The notes: a model not told the origin generated them from the sequence alone. A stretch of 51,383 nucleotides of DNA from Mayamaea pseudoterrestris (GCA_027923505.1 BROI01000016.1:682001-733383), one strand, 5' to 3'. Counted from the first letter of the stretch, positions 24,087-35,542 are shown. A program made the numbers and translations.

Positions 24087-24290
24087 TAGCTTGTCTTGAC
24101 CTGAGAGAGCTGTGCGAAAGAGAGAGAGTGAAAGAATCGAGAAATTGAGAGAGAAAGAGCAGATTCCTTGCGGCGTCGTCAATCCGAATACTTGGCACGA
24201 GCGCGTAGAACAGGATCGTATAAGGCTCGACTGCATTGAGAGCGGTTGTTGTGTAAGAAAGGACTTGCGGAAAGCGAGGTATTCACTATC

Positions 24291-26450
24291 ATGGTTGCGA
24301 TTACTGCGGAAGCTTTGCAGCTTCTCTGCACGAACGTTTTCGGACGAGACATCCAAGAAGCGTTCTTGTTTTGGAATGTAACCACCACTACCCAGATGTT
24401 GAGATTGACCAAGGAGCAACTTGAAGCCCCCTACTGGGTCGACAGAGCCGCCATCCAAGCTGGCGTTGAGCAAGAAGAAGGCGCGCAAGACGACGACGCG
24501 CCGCCGGGCGACGAGCCGGCCGAGGAACCGGCCGAGGAACAAGCAGCCGCCGCCCCAGAACGATACGAAACGACATTAGCACCAGTCTACGTGAACCTTG
24601 TCCTCGATGCATGCGAATGGTTTACCATGCACGACGGACCCCCGAACACCAAGAAGTGGGCGTTGCTTGATTTAGGCAAGCTCGAGCGATACCAAAGTGT
24701 GCTCGCCGAACAAGAAATCGCGCGTAAGCGTGAAGAAGGATACTATGTCCTCGAGTCCAAGAAGAAGCAAGCCGAGCTACTTGCTAAGCAACTTGAAAAT
24801 GAGACTATGAAGGCCGAGAAGGCCGAAAAGGAAGAAGATGCCAAGGGTCGTTTCTCGAACCTCAAGACGAAACGAGACTACAAGGACTACAAAACGTTCC
24901 AACATCCCCACGCGTGGTTGAGTTGGAGCGCGTCTACCAAGGCAATCGCCAAGCTCCATGGCTGTTCTAACGTGCTCGACAGCAAGTACGTACCAGTCAC
25001 GGAAGAAGAGAAGGAAGAGTTCGAGAATCAGCAAATCTTCATGTACACTGCGTTTCGCAATTGTCTCGAAGTCCCTGGATACCAGTCGCTCCTAATGAAG
25101 TATGGCGACAAGTCTGACGCTCAGAGCGTCTATCGCGAACTCGCGACCAAGTTTGGTTCCGGCGAGTTAGCTACCATCCAAGCGAACGAACTGCAAGCCA
25201 AGCTTGCGACGATTCGCCTAGATTCGACCTGGACGAAAGGACACTACAAGTTCCTAAACTACATCGAACAGCTCATGAAGAATCTCGAAGAGTTCCGTCC
25301 TGGAGTGACGGATGACAAGAAGAAGTACTACTGGCTCCGAGCTGCAGTGGAGGGCGACGAAGAATTCGGCCCCACGTGCACGACGTTCGACCAGCACCTG
25401 CAATTTGAACGACGACGCATCATCAGTGCAAATGGTGACCCAGACGCCGTCGTGACGGAAGATTATGACTATCTTTTCGACATGTTGTTGCAGCAAGCCT
25501 TGCGCGTCGACAACAAGAACGCCAAGCTGAATAAGGGCAAGAAGAACGCCGACCGCCAAGCGAACAACGCGAACACTTCCGGGCAAGGACGTGGTAACGG
25601 GCGCGGTTCCGGCCGTGGCGGAGGACGCGGCGGTCAAGGCGGACGCGGCGGTGGACGAGACGGTGGACGTGGCACTCAAGTGAGCCGCGGTTCCGGAGGA
25701 CGAGGCTCTTCCGCGCCACTACCAGCAGCCGGTACGCAAGCGCATCGGGAACGATTCCCTGGTGATTATCTGAACTTTGAACAGTTGTTGCAGAACCCCT
25801 GGTCGTACATGTCGTACGAACGACTCGGCCGACTTAACGAGGACGAATACGCTCAGCTCATGGCTCGACGCGAAGCCGTCCCAAGACCCGCCACGACAAG
25901 ACGCGCGAACAATGGCAACCGCGCGAATAACCAGCAGTCACAAGCGGCTGCATCGGTGCCTGGTACAATCTTGTATCAGAATGACGCTGTCTCGATCGCC
26001 CCGACGACAGCCACTCAAGGTGCACCGGATGACATGATTAGATCTTTCCTTGCGAACGCCGCGTCGTCTCGCACTCAAGCTGCGAATAACACCCAGCAAG
26101 AGTTTATGGGAAGCGACGGCCGTCGGTACCGCGCAATGGTATCGGTGCGCTACACTGTGAATCGAGCTCGCAGCAACGAGACCCGCCAAGGATCGCTGAT
26201 TGACGGCGGTGCGAACGGTGGACTCGCTGGAAGCGATATGAGAATCTTGAGTACTACCAACCACACGTGTAACGTGACAGGTTTGAGCGACCACACGGTT
26301 CGCGACCTCCAAGTCGGAACTGGCGTCGCATTGATTGAGACTCGGACTGGACCCATTATCGGTCAGTTCAACCAGTATGCTTTGTACGACGGTGCTGAAT
26401 CCATTCATGCACCATCGCAGCTCGCTCGTTCGCCATCTGATCGACGACGC
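24291..26450 (+). CDS. Gag-protease of family A copy 2 (frameshifts at about 26425 into the rest of pol)
   Basis: Long ORF 24246-26627 with the first ATG at 24291. Contains an RGG-rich region and the protease motif LIDGGANG. Confidence 0.88.
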
Positions 26451-26825
26451 CGCCGCCCAGAATGGAGCACAAGCCATTGTCACCAGTTGTGGCAAGAAGA
26501 CCCCCTTGGCGATCTGAGACGGTTTGCCTCGAATGGATATGCGTCCGCCGACGAACGCAGAGTTGGAAATGTATCCGACGGTCATTTTTTCTGCGGACAC
26601 CCTTTGGGATCCGCAGGAGTGGGATAATAAATGGAACGAAGAAGAACTTGAGTTTAATCGCGCCGTCGACGAATTGGAAGAAACCCACGGTTTCGCCGAC
26701 GCCCGCATGGACGACTTCGGCGACGCCACCTACCGGAACAACATGAATTCAGTGGAACGTGTGGTGCAGTATGTCGATCGCGAATCAGGCTGATACGACG
26801 CGCCCAAGCCAATGCACGACGGATA

Positions 26826-27540
26826 ATGCCACAAGAACCTGACTACCAAGCGCTTCGACCCTACCTTGGCTACACGCCACTTGAACGAGTCAAGCGCACC
26901 ATTAAGAATACGACACAGCTTTTCCGTGCATCGGCACACACCCCATTTCGCCAACACTTTAAGTCGCGATTCCCTGCCGCCAATGTGGTTCGTTTCCATG
27001 ACGATACGGCGACAGATACCTGGTTTTCCAAGGAAGCCGCCTTTAACGACGGAATCCGCGGCCATGGCGGATGCAAGATGATGCAACTGTTCGTCGGCAA
27101 GAAGAGTCTGCTGACGAGGGGATACCCACTGAGAACCGAGAGTGACATGCCCATGGCGCTCGAAGACTTCATTCGAGACATTGGCGCCCCCGACTTGCTC
27201 ATTAGCGATAACTCGCGAGTGCAGCTCGGGAAGCAAGTTGAAACCTTGTTGCGATTCTACGCGATTCGTGACCAACAGAGCGAGCCCGGATACCAGAACC
27301 AGAACCCTGCCGAGCGTCGCATCCAAGAAGTCAAGTCATCAGTCCAGAACATCATGAACCGTACGGGCGCACCCGCTGGAGCCTGGCTCCTATGCGCGCT
27401 GTACGAATCGCCTTATTCAACAATCTGGCGACCGAGTCCTCAACTGGAAGACCCTACTGAAGCCGCCTCAACCGAGTACCGAATTTCGCCGCCCTGCAGT
27501 TCAAGTTCTGGTGGGAACGAGTCTGTACAAGGACCGACAT
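26826..27540 (+). pseudogene. Integrase core of family A copy 2, truncated
   Basis: DDE residues in TATDTW, LISDNS and QNPAERRI. Confidence 0.88.
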
Positions 27541-27987
27541 TCGTCTTTAATCTATCCAGAGCGAAGCCATCGTCAAGGCCAAGACGTCGCTGGATAGTCT
27601 CGTTATCGTTGGCTTGAGCTAGCGATGGAAGTCTGTCCATGCCGAGAGTCGGCCGACTGATCGTCATGGATGCGTTAGCCAGCGAATGATGCACATAGAG
27701 GTTCAAAAAAGTCAATGTCGATCCAACACGGGAGTTTCAGGAGAGAATGCAGTAAATCTTTGTTCGTTTGTTTGAATTGCTGGCTGTCTTCTTTTGTTGA
27801 TCGCGAAATGGTCGTCAGTTGTCGACGCAAAGCATGAGAATGACTTATGCTGTCTATTGCATTCAAAATTGATCGATGATCATGAAATGAGACATAACAA
27901 GAGATTCGGCAGACCTCAAGATAGGTGCAAATGATCAGATCAGTAGCTGCTGATGTAACATCAGCAGCCAGCCGCAAAAACGGATAG

Positions 27988-28125
27988 TGAAGATTTCCAG
28001 CGACAAACAATGCACCCAGAAAAGTCCCACGAGGATATGGAGACTTTAAGAGCAACAAAAGAGCAAAGGATCGAGAAATAAAGGAGCTGGGTGAGATGAA
28101 TAACTGCCATTTATCACTGTTCAAT
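27988..28125 (-). repeat. Degraded 3' LTR of family B
   Basis: Gapped match to 35652-35830 (TGAAGATTTCCAGCGACA, ATGGAGACT, TTAAGAGCAACA, AAGAGCAAAGGA). Confidence 0.7.
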
Positions 28126-28199
28126 AATTACGCCAATTAATCATTTTGACCCAATTCGAGATATCAGGGTGAAGTAGGCCTGTAAAGTCTGTGTACACA

Positions 28200-29552
28200 G
28201 ATCAAATTCACCGCGTTCATGGCTCCAGAACCAATGGAACCCAACCAGAAAGTACTTAGTGCGGTTTGTCAACTTGTGGTTGATGGCGAAAGTAGGGCCT
28301 TGATTGTCTCAAAGACGCGAGCTTGATGGAAGTCTTGAGAGGAGATAAATCTAGAACGGCAATCACCTCGGATAGAATTCGCTTTAAAGGAAGTAAAAGT
28401 CTTGAGGGCAAAAGGAGAGCGTGTACTGTGGACGAGAGCGAAATTTCGGTCTGCAACTGGGATTTCCACACTAACGGACAACCAGACAGCAAGATGATAC
28501 CCAGTGTGGGATTGAACTGAGACTGGCAATTTCTGGTTCCCGCGAGAGACCGCAAAATCAGCATCAACGAGAGACTAAGGCGAGAGTTCGTTGTTTGAAA
28601 GTGCCATGATACGGCAGCTCTTGAGGTAGCGCACAATCATTTTAACTGCAGCGCATGACCGCTTTGGAGCAAATTGAACGGGCAGTTGACGACAGATGCA
28701 TGTGGGGCGAGTATTGATTGACAAGTAAAGGAGCATCCCGGGACAATGACCAGCAGCCCCAAGTTTCTTTTGTCTGGACATGGGGATCCGAGCCGAGAGC
28801 CAAGAGACTTGTTGTGCCAAAGGATTAGCATGAGTCATATTTAGCAATCTTGTCAATCAATCCTGGCTGGTCAAGGTAATGGTATTTTCTGTCGTCGTTG
28901 GCCCATTTTAATTCCAAGGTATTCACAACATGTTTCCTTGGCAAGTCAAAACAGATCGCGAATTTCAATGAAGGACGACAAGTTTGGATGTCTTAGCCGA
29001 AAAGATGGAATCGTCCACAAAGCAACACATCACCAAGTTTTTTCCAATAGAACAAACAAGGATCAGTAGCTTTGTTTCAGACCATGAAAGGGTGCTCAAA
29101 TGTTCAAACAGGGTACAGTCAATCCAAAATCTAGGAGGCGCAAACACATGCCGGGAGTCTTTTACTCGTGTGAAAACGAGTGGAGATGGATCCACACTGG
29201 GTCATGGAGTCGGCCTGACAAATGCACTGGCAAAATCCGTGGAGCAAGCATACCAGTTAAGGTTAAGGGCTAGAATCAACATCAATCGGATGGTCGACCA
29301 TGCCACAACTGGTGCGTACGTTTCAAAGTCGCCTTCTTGCAGATCACCTCGAACGCAGTAGCGAGCTTTGTACTTCTTAATTGTCCCATCTGGGGAGCGC
29401 TTATAAACACCCAAGTACCTGGAAGAATTTTTGGTCTTGGCTTCCGACTTGGGGACTTCAGTCCATGTTCCTTTGACACCAACGATTGAATCTCCTCGGC
29501 GGCAGCTTGCCAATGCTTTACATGAGCATGATCAGCCATGGCTTGATCCCAG
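28200..29552 (-). pseudogene. RT and RNase H remnants of family B
   Basis: KYKARYCVRGDLQ, TYAPVVAWSTIRL, DFASAF, FVDDSIF and CPLVWKSQLQTEISLS in shifting frames. Confidence 0.85.
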
Positions 29553-32500
29553 TTAAAGTATCTGATCCGATGCGGCAGCCTTGTAGAGGGCTGGAGCAGC
29601 AATATTAAAAGCAGCAAAGTAGGAGACGAAACTGGCGTCACAAACCGACTCGATTTGGGCTCCGGAGGCGTCGTAAGAGAGGCGAGATGGCTTCTTAGTG
29701 GCGCGACTGGAACGGCGAGTACTTGGCGTAGCTGTTGGAGCTGTAGGATTCTCCCTCGGAGACTCATTGTTGGAGACCGAAGCAGGCGATGGATCAGCCG
29801 GCAGCTCCCTCAGAGGCGAAGATTCTTCTTGCACTTCAATTGGAAGCTCCCTCGGAGACTCGGGCTCCCTCGCTTGGGCGGGCTCTTGGCTTGGTGCCGA
29901 CGAAGGCGGCGCTGGCAACTCAGCAGGAGGAGGGACTTGCAAATCTCGAGGAGGAGCATGGCGCTCAAAAGCATCCCGAACGGCATCCGCTCGAGTGGAG
30001 ACGGCAGGCTCAGCCTCAAATTCAGCAGAAGCTATGGCTTCATCTTCATCATCCAATGGGATATATTGAAGAGACGTGTTTCCAAAGAGATTATACCACT
30101 CAGTGGAGGCAAAATCCGGCATTTGCGACTCAGTTACAGCCACAGTGGCAAACCAATCATCAAAGACGACGTGAAACTGCGGCGTAATGGCGCCCGAGTG
30201 CGGATTTAAAACCAAAGGAACGGAGCTAGCATGGGCTTCACTCATTCCAACAAAGATGCAGCGATGGGACCGCGGCTGCCAGCGGGGCAACTTGTGGCCG
30301 TCCGATATCGTTTTATCAAGGACATATACTGGAGACCCCCAAACGTGCAAGTCATGGAACTTGGAATGGGGCCATCGAGTGCGAGTAAAGATATCTTGGG
30401 GAGAAAGGCCGCTCTGAAGATTAGGGACCTTGTTCCAAAGATACACGGCATGCTTGGTGACCATGGGCCAAAGTGAAACATCGGCGACATTGGGCCAATG
30501 GATCTTAGCATGCATCAACATGGCGCGCGAAATAGACATAATGGTCTGTATGCAACGCTCGGCAATCCCATTATGATGGTGAGCGCCGACTCCAGCAAGC
30601 GCACTGACTTGATGGAAAGTTGTAAGATGCTTGGAGAAGCCTTGTGACGTAAAGGCACCACCATTGTCGGAGAGATACTCAAGGGGAATGACTCCAACAT
30701 CACGGCAGAACAACTCGAAAGCTTCTTTAGATCTTAATGTATCATCCGTATTTAAATGCTGTTGCAGCTCAAGATGAACGTAGCCGGATGCATGATCAAC
30801 AAACACACAACCGCCAGTGTTCATGGCAGTTTCCTTTGTCTTGCCACGCGAGAAAAAAAGGCGTCCTTTTGTAGAGCAAACAAAGTGATCAACGGAGATG
30901 CGCTGGCCTGGGAGAAGATTGTCTCGGCGCAAAGCATCAACTCGGTCTTTAACAACTTTGGTTGTTTGACCAGGAGATGAACGCACTCGCTGCTTGGCGT
31001 ACATGCAGGCAGTGCACTTGGGACACGGCTGCAAAGTTGCGCAAGCTCTATGGAGACGGCGTGCCGACTCAGAGTTAGCAAGCGTTCCACCACGCATTAG
31101 AAACTGAATGGTTTTAAAGTTCAAATGGCCAAGACGGAAATGCCAACGGAGCAATTCCTTTTCAGCCTCAGACAAGTTGGTATTCGAGCTGGCGACGGTG
31201 GAGCTTTGGCTTGGCGGTGGTCTTGGCTCACGGCGAGGGCGTCTTGTGGGCGCACTTGCTCCTCCATCACTTGGAGGACCATTGGCGGGCGGTGGACCGC
31301 GCGGCGGCTGCTGAGCAGGAGCTGGACCAGGACCAGGACCAGGCGGAGGCAAAGGCGCCTCGCCAGCACTGTAAGAACTTGGCATGCCACTGAGATCGTA
31401 TGCGATAGCAGTCGGCAAGTTGGTAAGAGGATCAATTGGAGCCTCAACACCATCATTTGTTATAGAGCCATCCTTGTGGACTCGCTCCACAGAACCGCTC
31501 AAGTAGATAGCTCGGCGATCGGCATATATAACTTCATTTGGATACTGTTGCAGCAATCCTGGCATACTCAACAGACGCACTTTGGCCTCAGGAATCCAGT
31601 ATGCTGGAACCTTTACTGTGCGAAGCATGCCTCCATTGTCAAGAAAGCTCCAGGCGACAAACCCTTTGCCTTTAACTCGACCATCTTTGAAGAGACCATT
31701 CAAACGAACAGTTGGCGCTGGCTGAATGGGGCCAACAAAGTCGTCGCGGCTTGGCGAAATGGAGATGCTTGCTCCTGAATCCCAGATTACTGGCAGCATC
31801 TTGTCCTTCTCCTTGCACGGTGGTGTTGGTGGGGACTTGCGATATTTATTGTTAAAGAGAGATTGGCTCAATGTTGGTATATTCGGCTGGGCAGATTCCA
31901 AGTGGGACGCTTGGTAGGCTTCTCCAAAATCGTCGAAATCTGAAAAATCCCCAAACACAACAGACGCAAACACCTCTTGTGGCATTGGATCAATTGATTG
32001 AATTGAAGCTTGCGGCACTGGTGGAGGCAAAGGCGTTGGCGCCTTGTCAGTTTTAAAGCGGAACGGTTGACGCCGACGGGCTTGCCGCTCCCGATCTGCG
32101 TGAGCTATACTGAAGTAGGTGACTCCATCAGGCGTCGTAATCAATGGATCATTACGCCATTCTCGATTGCGAATCCGATGGCGCTCTTCATATTGATAAA
32201 GAAGCGTATCATTTAGCCATGCGTTCCAATCTTCCTCTTGGGCGCGAAGGCGGTCACTGATTATATTCTCGTAAGCCTCATTAACTTGATTGGCAGCTTG
32301 AGCTTGTCGAAAGGTTGAACGGAGAGCCTCAGCGCGAGCATTAATTACCAAGGGCGGAGCAACGGCAACTGCGTGGGCAGTCCGAGGGCGCCATGGTTGG
32401 TCGCGAGCTGGGCGACGGCGCGGCACTTGGCTTTGGTCTGGGCCTTGGCGAGGACGCTGGCGATGGCGCTGCGCTTGGTTTGGACTTGGGCGTGGGCGCT

Positions 32501-34319
32501 GTCCATGGTTTCGACCATTGCGATGATGCTGCTGAGCACGGTTTCTTGGTTGGACTCGAGCTGGGCCTCGTCTTCGAGCATGCAAATGCCATGGTTCTCC
32601 CTCGTTGGAAGGCAACCTGCATAAAATGGCGCGCAAGAAGGCAAGGAACTTGGCTTGGAGACGCAAAAACCAAGGGATTACCCGCTTCCGAAACCGACGG
32701 AGACGGTGAAACCGATGGAATAAGAAACGGAACCGTTGGAACCTTGAAACAGAGCGACGATTGCGGCGATCTTGATGGATATAGGCGCGACGATGGCGTC
32801 GATCCGAATGCCGAGGAGGCTTTGCAGGTGGCTTCCAAAATATCAAGGCAATGGCGACACTAGTGAGCGTCAACCAAAGAATCCCAGGCACCATCAAACG
32901 CCAATGATGGTAAATCAAACGGCCGATGACATGGACAAGAGAAAGGCTCTCGCAACCAACTGTCATGATGGAATGGCCAAGTTGATCAGCCAAATGGAGA
33001 CTCTCGCCAAGGGCGGCTGTTGTATTGGCAAACTGCTGGGCCACAGCAGTATGCAAAGCCTGAGTCTCAGTTGCGTTGTTTGAACAAACAAGAGATGAAA
33101 CAGTTCGAGTCACAGTGAAGAATGCCTCACTTAAAGTCGAATGGCTCACAGGCAGGGCCGAAGCTGGGCGCTTAACCAATCGAGCTGCTGAGCACGAATT
33201 CACCAAGCAAATCAATCCAATCATAAGCACAAATGAAAGTGCACTTGGAGAGAGACTGCGAGAGCGACGGTAAAGCACCTTGTTTGGCTTGGTAGGGCGC
33301 TTGGCAGATGGCTCGGAGCTGGGGCTCGAAGGAGGCGTCCAGGCTGGAGCAGCAGGATTCAACTTAGCAATCTTTGCAGGGGGAGCGTTAACACCACTTG
33401 CAAGCTCCCTCGCTTGAATAGCTGCATTCCGAGCAAACTGCACATCAGACTCATAGCGATCATCACTAGGAGAGCGCTCAATATTGCAGAGCTTGGCGAC
33501 GATGGCCGCTGGCGTATGCTCATCAATGATCATTGGATCATCGGCAACAATGGAAGCAATGGCATCCTCGCCATCCACCATGGCAGACGCAATCTCGTCA
33601 ATGACAGCTTCTTCACCTTCTTCAAGAGAACAATCGTCATTGGCTAAAGCAAGGGCTTTGGCGTCAGCGGCGGCTTGGGCGCAAACTGATGGATCCTCGA
33701 TAGCTAGATAGGCAGCTGGCGTATCAAACCAAGCAAGATGACCACCATTGGGAGCAACAGCCGGAGCAGTTTTACTTCCAGTGTGCTCGTCAGTGCCATG
33801 GTTAAGTTGCCACTTGTTGCAATGCGCGCACCAATGGTAGGTCTTTCCCCCTTTTTCAATGGTAGATGGCTGCGATGCTGAAGGAGCAATTCGCCGCCAT
33901 GGCGCATGGTAGTGATGGACATCGTCAATGGCCTTTGACGGAGCACCCTTTCCACTCTTTGGAGCAGTCTTGGGCTTCCCTTTTCCATTTCCTTTGGGAG
34001 CGCCGCGCTTGTTGCTAGTTTTCACGGTCGTTGCCTGTGGGCAATCGCGCTGAAAATGGCCGGTCTTATGGCAAATGTGACAAGTCTTCTCCTCCTTTGC
34101 TCCCCTTCCGTTTGCCTTGGCTTTGTCAAGTTGAACAACGCCTCCAAAGGCGGGCGGAATGGCAGTCTTGTCGCGCGGATTCTTGGCGGGAACCCAGTCA
34201 TTGGCCGCATGAATCTGGCGGTAAGCAGTATTAGCTACCTGCGCCAAATCCTTTAATGTTAGATGCTCACGCGTCATGTAAGCATCCTGATCCGTTGGAG
34301 TTGTGTCATATTCGAGCAA
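29553..34319 (-). CDS. Family B polyprotein: Gag C-terminus with zinc knuckles, membrane module, protease and integrase (1588 aa open)
   Basis: CHICHKTGHFQRDC, YHWCAHC..H..H, VIWDSGAS (D at 31781), WHFRLGH..CTAC, ISVDHF / SDNGG / NGIAE, VVFDD. Confidence 0.92.
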   Translation of the reverse strand: MLEYDTTPTDQDAYMTREHLTLKDLAQVANTAYRQIHAANDWVPAKNPRDKTAIPPAFGGVVQLDKAKANGRGAKEEKTCHICHKTGHFQRDCPQATTVKTSNKRGAPKGNGKGKPKTAPKSGKGAPSKAIDDVHHYHAPWRRIAPSASQPSTIEKGGKTYHWCAHCNKWQLNHGTDEHTGSKTAPAVAPNGGHLAWFDTPAAYLAIEDPSVCAQAAADAKALALANDDCSLEEGEEAVIDEIASAMVDGEDAIASIVADDPMIIDEHTPAAIVAKLCNIERSPSDDRYESDVQFARNAAIQARELASGVNAPPAKIAKLNPAAPAWTPPSSPSSEPSAKRPTKPNKVLYRRSRSLSPSALSFVLMIGLICLVNSCSAARLVKRPASALPVSHSTLSEAFFTVTRTVSSLVCSNNATETQALHTAVAQQFANTTAALGESLHLADQLGHSIMTVGCESLSLVHVIGRLIYHHWRLMVPGILWLTLTSVAIALIFWKPPAKPPRHSDRRHRRAYIHQDRRNRRSVSRFQRFRFLFHRFHRLRRFRKRVIPWFLRLQAKFLAFLRAILCRLPSNEGEPWHLHARRRGPARVQPRNRAQQHHRNGRNHGQRPRPSPNQAQRHRQRPRQGPDQSQVPRRRPARDQPWRPRTAHAVAVAPPLVINARAEALRSTFRQAQAANQVNEAYENIISDRLRAQEEDWNAWLNDTLLYQYEERHRIRNREWRNDPLITTPDGVTYFSIAHADRERQARRRQPFRFKTDKAPTPLPPPVPQASIQSIDPMPQEVFASVVFGDFSDFDDFGEAYQASHLESAQPNIPTLSQSLFNNKYRKSPPTPPCKEKDKMLPVIWDSGASISISPSRDDFVGPIQPAPTVRLNGLFKDGRVKGKGFVAWSFLDNGGMLRTVKVPAYWIPEAKVRLLSMPGLLQQYPNEVIYADRRAIYLSGSVERVHKDGSITNDGVEAPIDPLTNLPTAIAYDLSGMPSSYSAGEAPLPPPGPGPGPAPAQQPPRGPPPANGPPSDGGASAPTRRPRREPRPPPSQSSTVASSNTNLSEAEKELLRWHFRLGHLNFKTIQFLMRGGTLANSESARRLHRACATLQPCPKCTACMYAKQRVRSSPGQTTKVVKDRVDALRRDNLLPGQRISVDHFVCSTKGRLFFSRGKTKETAMNTGGCVFVDHASGYVHLELQQHLNTDDTLRSKEAFELFCRDVGVIPLEYLSDNGGAFTSQGFSKHLTTFHQVSALAGVGAHHHNGIAERCIQTIMSISRAMLMHAKIHWPNVADVSLWPMVTKHAVYLWNKVPNLQSGLSPQDIFTRTRWPHSKFHDLHVWGSPVYVLDKTISDGHKLPRWQPRSHRCIFVGMSEAHASSVPLVLNPHSGAITPQFHVVFDDWFATVAVTESQMPDFASTEWYNLFGNTSLQYIPLDDEDEAIASAEFEAEPAVSTRADAVRDAFERHAPPRDLQVPPPAELPAPPSSAPSQEPAQAREPESPRELPIEVQEESSPLRELPADPSPASVSNNESPRENPTAPTATPSTRRSSRATKKPSRLSYDASGAQIESVCDASFVSYFAAFNIAAPALYKAAASDQIL

Positions 34320-35542
34320 GCTTTCAAGCCAATGACATGCTTAGCTTTCCAAGCTTTCATTTCGTCAATGAACTCCTCGCCGCCAGTGTTTTCAAGGCAG
34401 CGATCGCCTCCTGCTTGGAGAAGGTTTTTCAACACTTTGGTGGTCAGGGAATGCGGATACTGACCCGCATTAATCAATGGCTTTGCTTTGATAATAAGCG
34501 CATCCATGTAGGTGGTAATATTTTGGCCTGGCTCCGCTTGCGGCTTGTAGGCGGCGACTTCTTGTTCCACTTTCAAGTACCAGTCGCGGGATTGGTGAAG
34601 AATCATCTCCATTACTTGGAAATAGACGACACAGAAGCTATCCTGGGCGCTAGCGCTGGTATAATGATCCAGGCGCGTGCGAAGCTCCTCGTTGCACGAA
34701 TTCTTGAAGAATCTAATGAGATCCTTGTCGTTGCCGCGATCATATTCGTCGTAGCTGGCGACGAAAGGAGCAATGGCTTCCTTGACCGACTCAATGCTCT
34801 CGAACAGCGAATAATATTGAAGGAAATTAACCAACTTGGTCTTGGTTGGATCGCGCGGGTCGATGACGTAACAATATGTGTCGTTGCCACAGAGCTCCGC
34901 CTGTTCCTTAAAGAGCATTTGTTGATGCTGCAAGTTGCATGTCAACGTAAACTTCGTTGGAAGTCCTTTCTGCCGCTCTTGTTGCTTTGAATCGTTCAAG
35001 GGACGAAGCATCAACGAGTTGCTTGGCTTGGCTCCGTCGGCGACTGGCTTTTCCAATCCCGACCAATCCACATTTGGTGGACCGCCGCCCATGCATGCCG
35101 CTCGCTCCTTGGTGGAGATTTGGACGACAGTGCCCATGATGGGTTTGTTTGGCGTGTACACTTGGACAGGTGCGCGATGCTGACGTAGCATCTCTTTGGC
35201 GATTTCGGAATCCATGTGTTTGGCGATGGCTTCGTCGACGACACGCTGTCGGTCACGCGCGGCTTCTTCCATCGCCTGACGAACGGCGTCATCGATGGCA
35301 GCCTGCTGCTCTTGCTTGGCTTTGAGCTGAGCAGCAATCTTCATCCGCTGCTGTTGTTCGTTATACAGCTGGCGAATTTCATCCTCGGCGTCTCGCTCAG
35401 CTTGGGTGAGCTTGGCGCGTCGTTCACGTTCCATCCGATTGATCATTTCGGTTCGCTGGACTTCGGCAGCTTGTAGGAGCGTGCGCTGGTCATCCGTCAA
35501 CTGGACGGGAGGCCGTGGTGGTGTTGGCGTTCCTGGCGCCAT
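34274..35542 (-). CDS. Family B Gag N-terminal part (continues by frameshift into the 29553-34319 ORF)
   Basis: 422-aa ORF starting about 90 bp after the PBS, with a coiled-coil N-terminus, overlapping the knuckle-bearing ORF. Confidence 0.82.
   Translation of the reverse strand: MAPGTPTPPRPPVQLTDDQRTLLQAAEVQRTEMINRMERERRAKLTQAERDAEDEIRQLYNEQQQRMKIAAQLKAKQEQQAAIDDAVRQAMEEAARDRQRVVDEAIAKHMDSEIAKEMLRQHRAPVQVYTPNKPIMGTVVQISTKERAACMGGGPPNVDWSGLEKPVADGAKPSNSLMLRPLNDSKQQERQKGLPTKFTLTCNLQHQQMLFKEQAELCGNDTYCYVIDPRDPTKTKLVNFLQYYSLFESIESVKEAIAPFVASYDEYDRGNDKDLIRFFKNSCNEELRTRLDHYTSASAQDSFCVVYFQVMEMILHQSRDWYLKVEQEVAAYKPQAEPGQNITTYMDALIIKAKPLINAGQYPHSLTTKVLKNLLQAGGDRCLENTGGEEFIDEMKAWKAKHVIGLKACSNMTQLQRIRMLT

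Larger units (their letters stand above)
23411..27540 (+). mobile_element. Ty1/copia family A copy 2, with two tandem 5' LTRs, truncated within integrase
   Basis: LTR-LTR-PBS-gag-PR-IN, closely similar to the reverse complement of copy 1. Similarity ends at about 27540. No RT or 3' LTR. Confidence 0.92.

Noticed and set aside
34274..34330. Programmed -1 frameshift in family B gag
   Set aside because: No canonical X XXY YYZ slippery site, and the shift falls before the zinc knuckle. A consensus indel is more likely.
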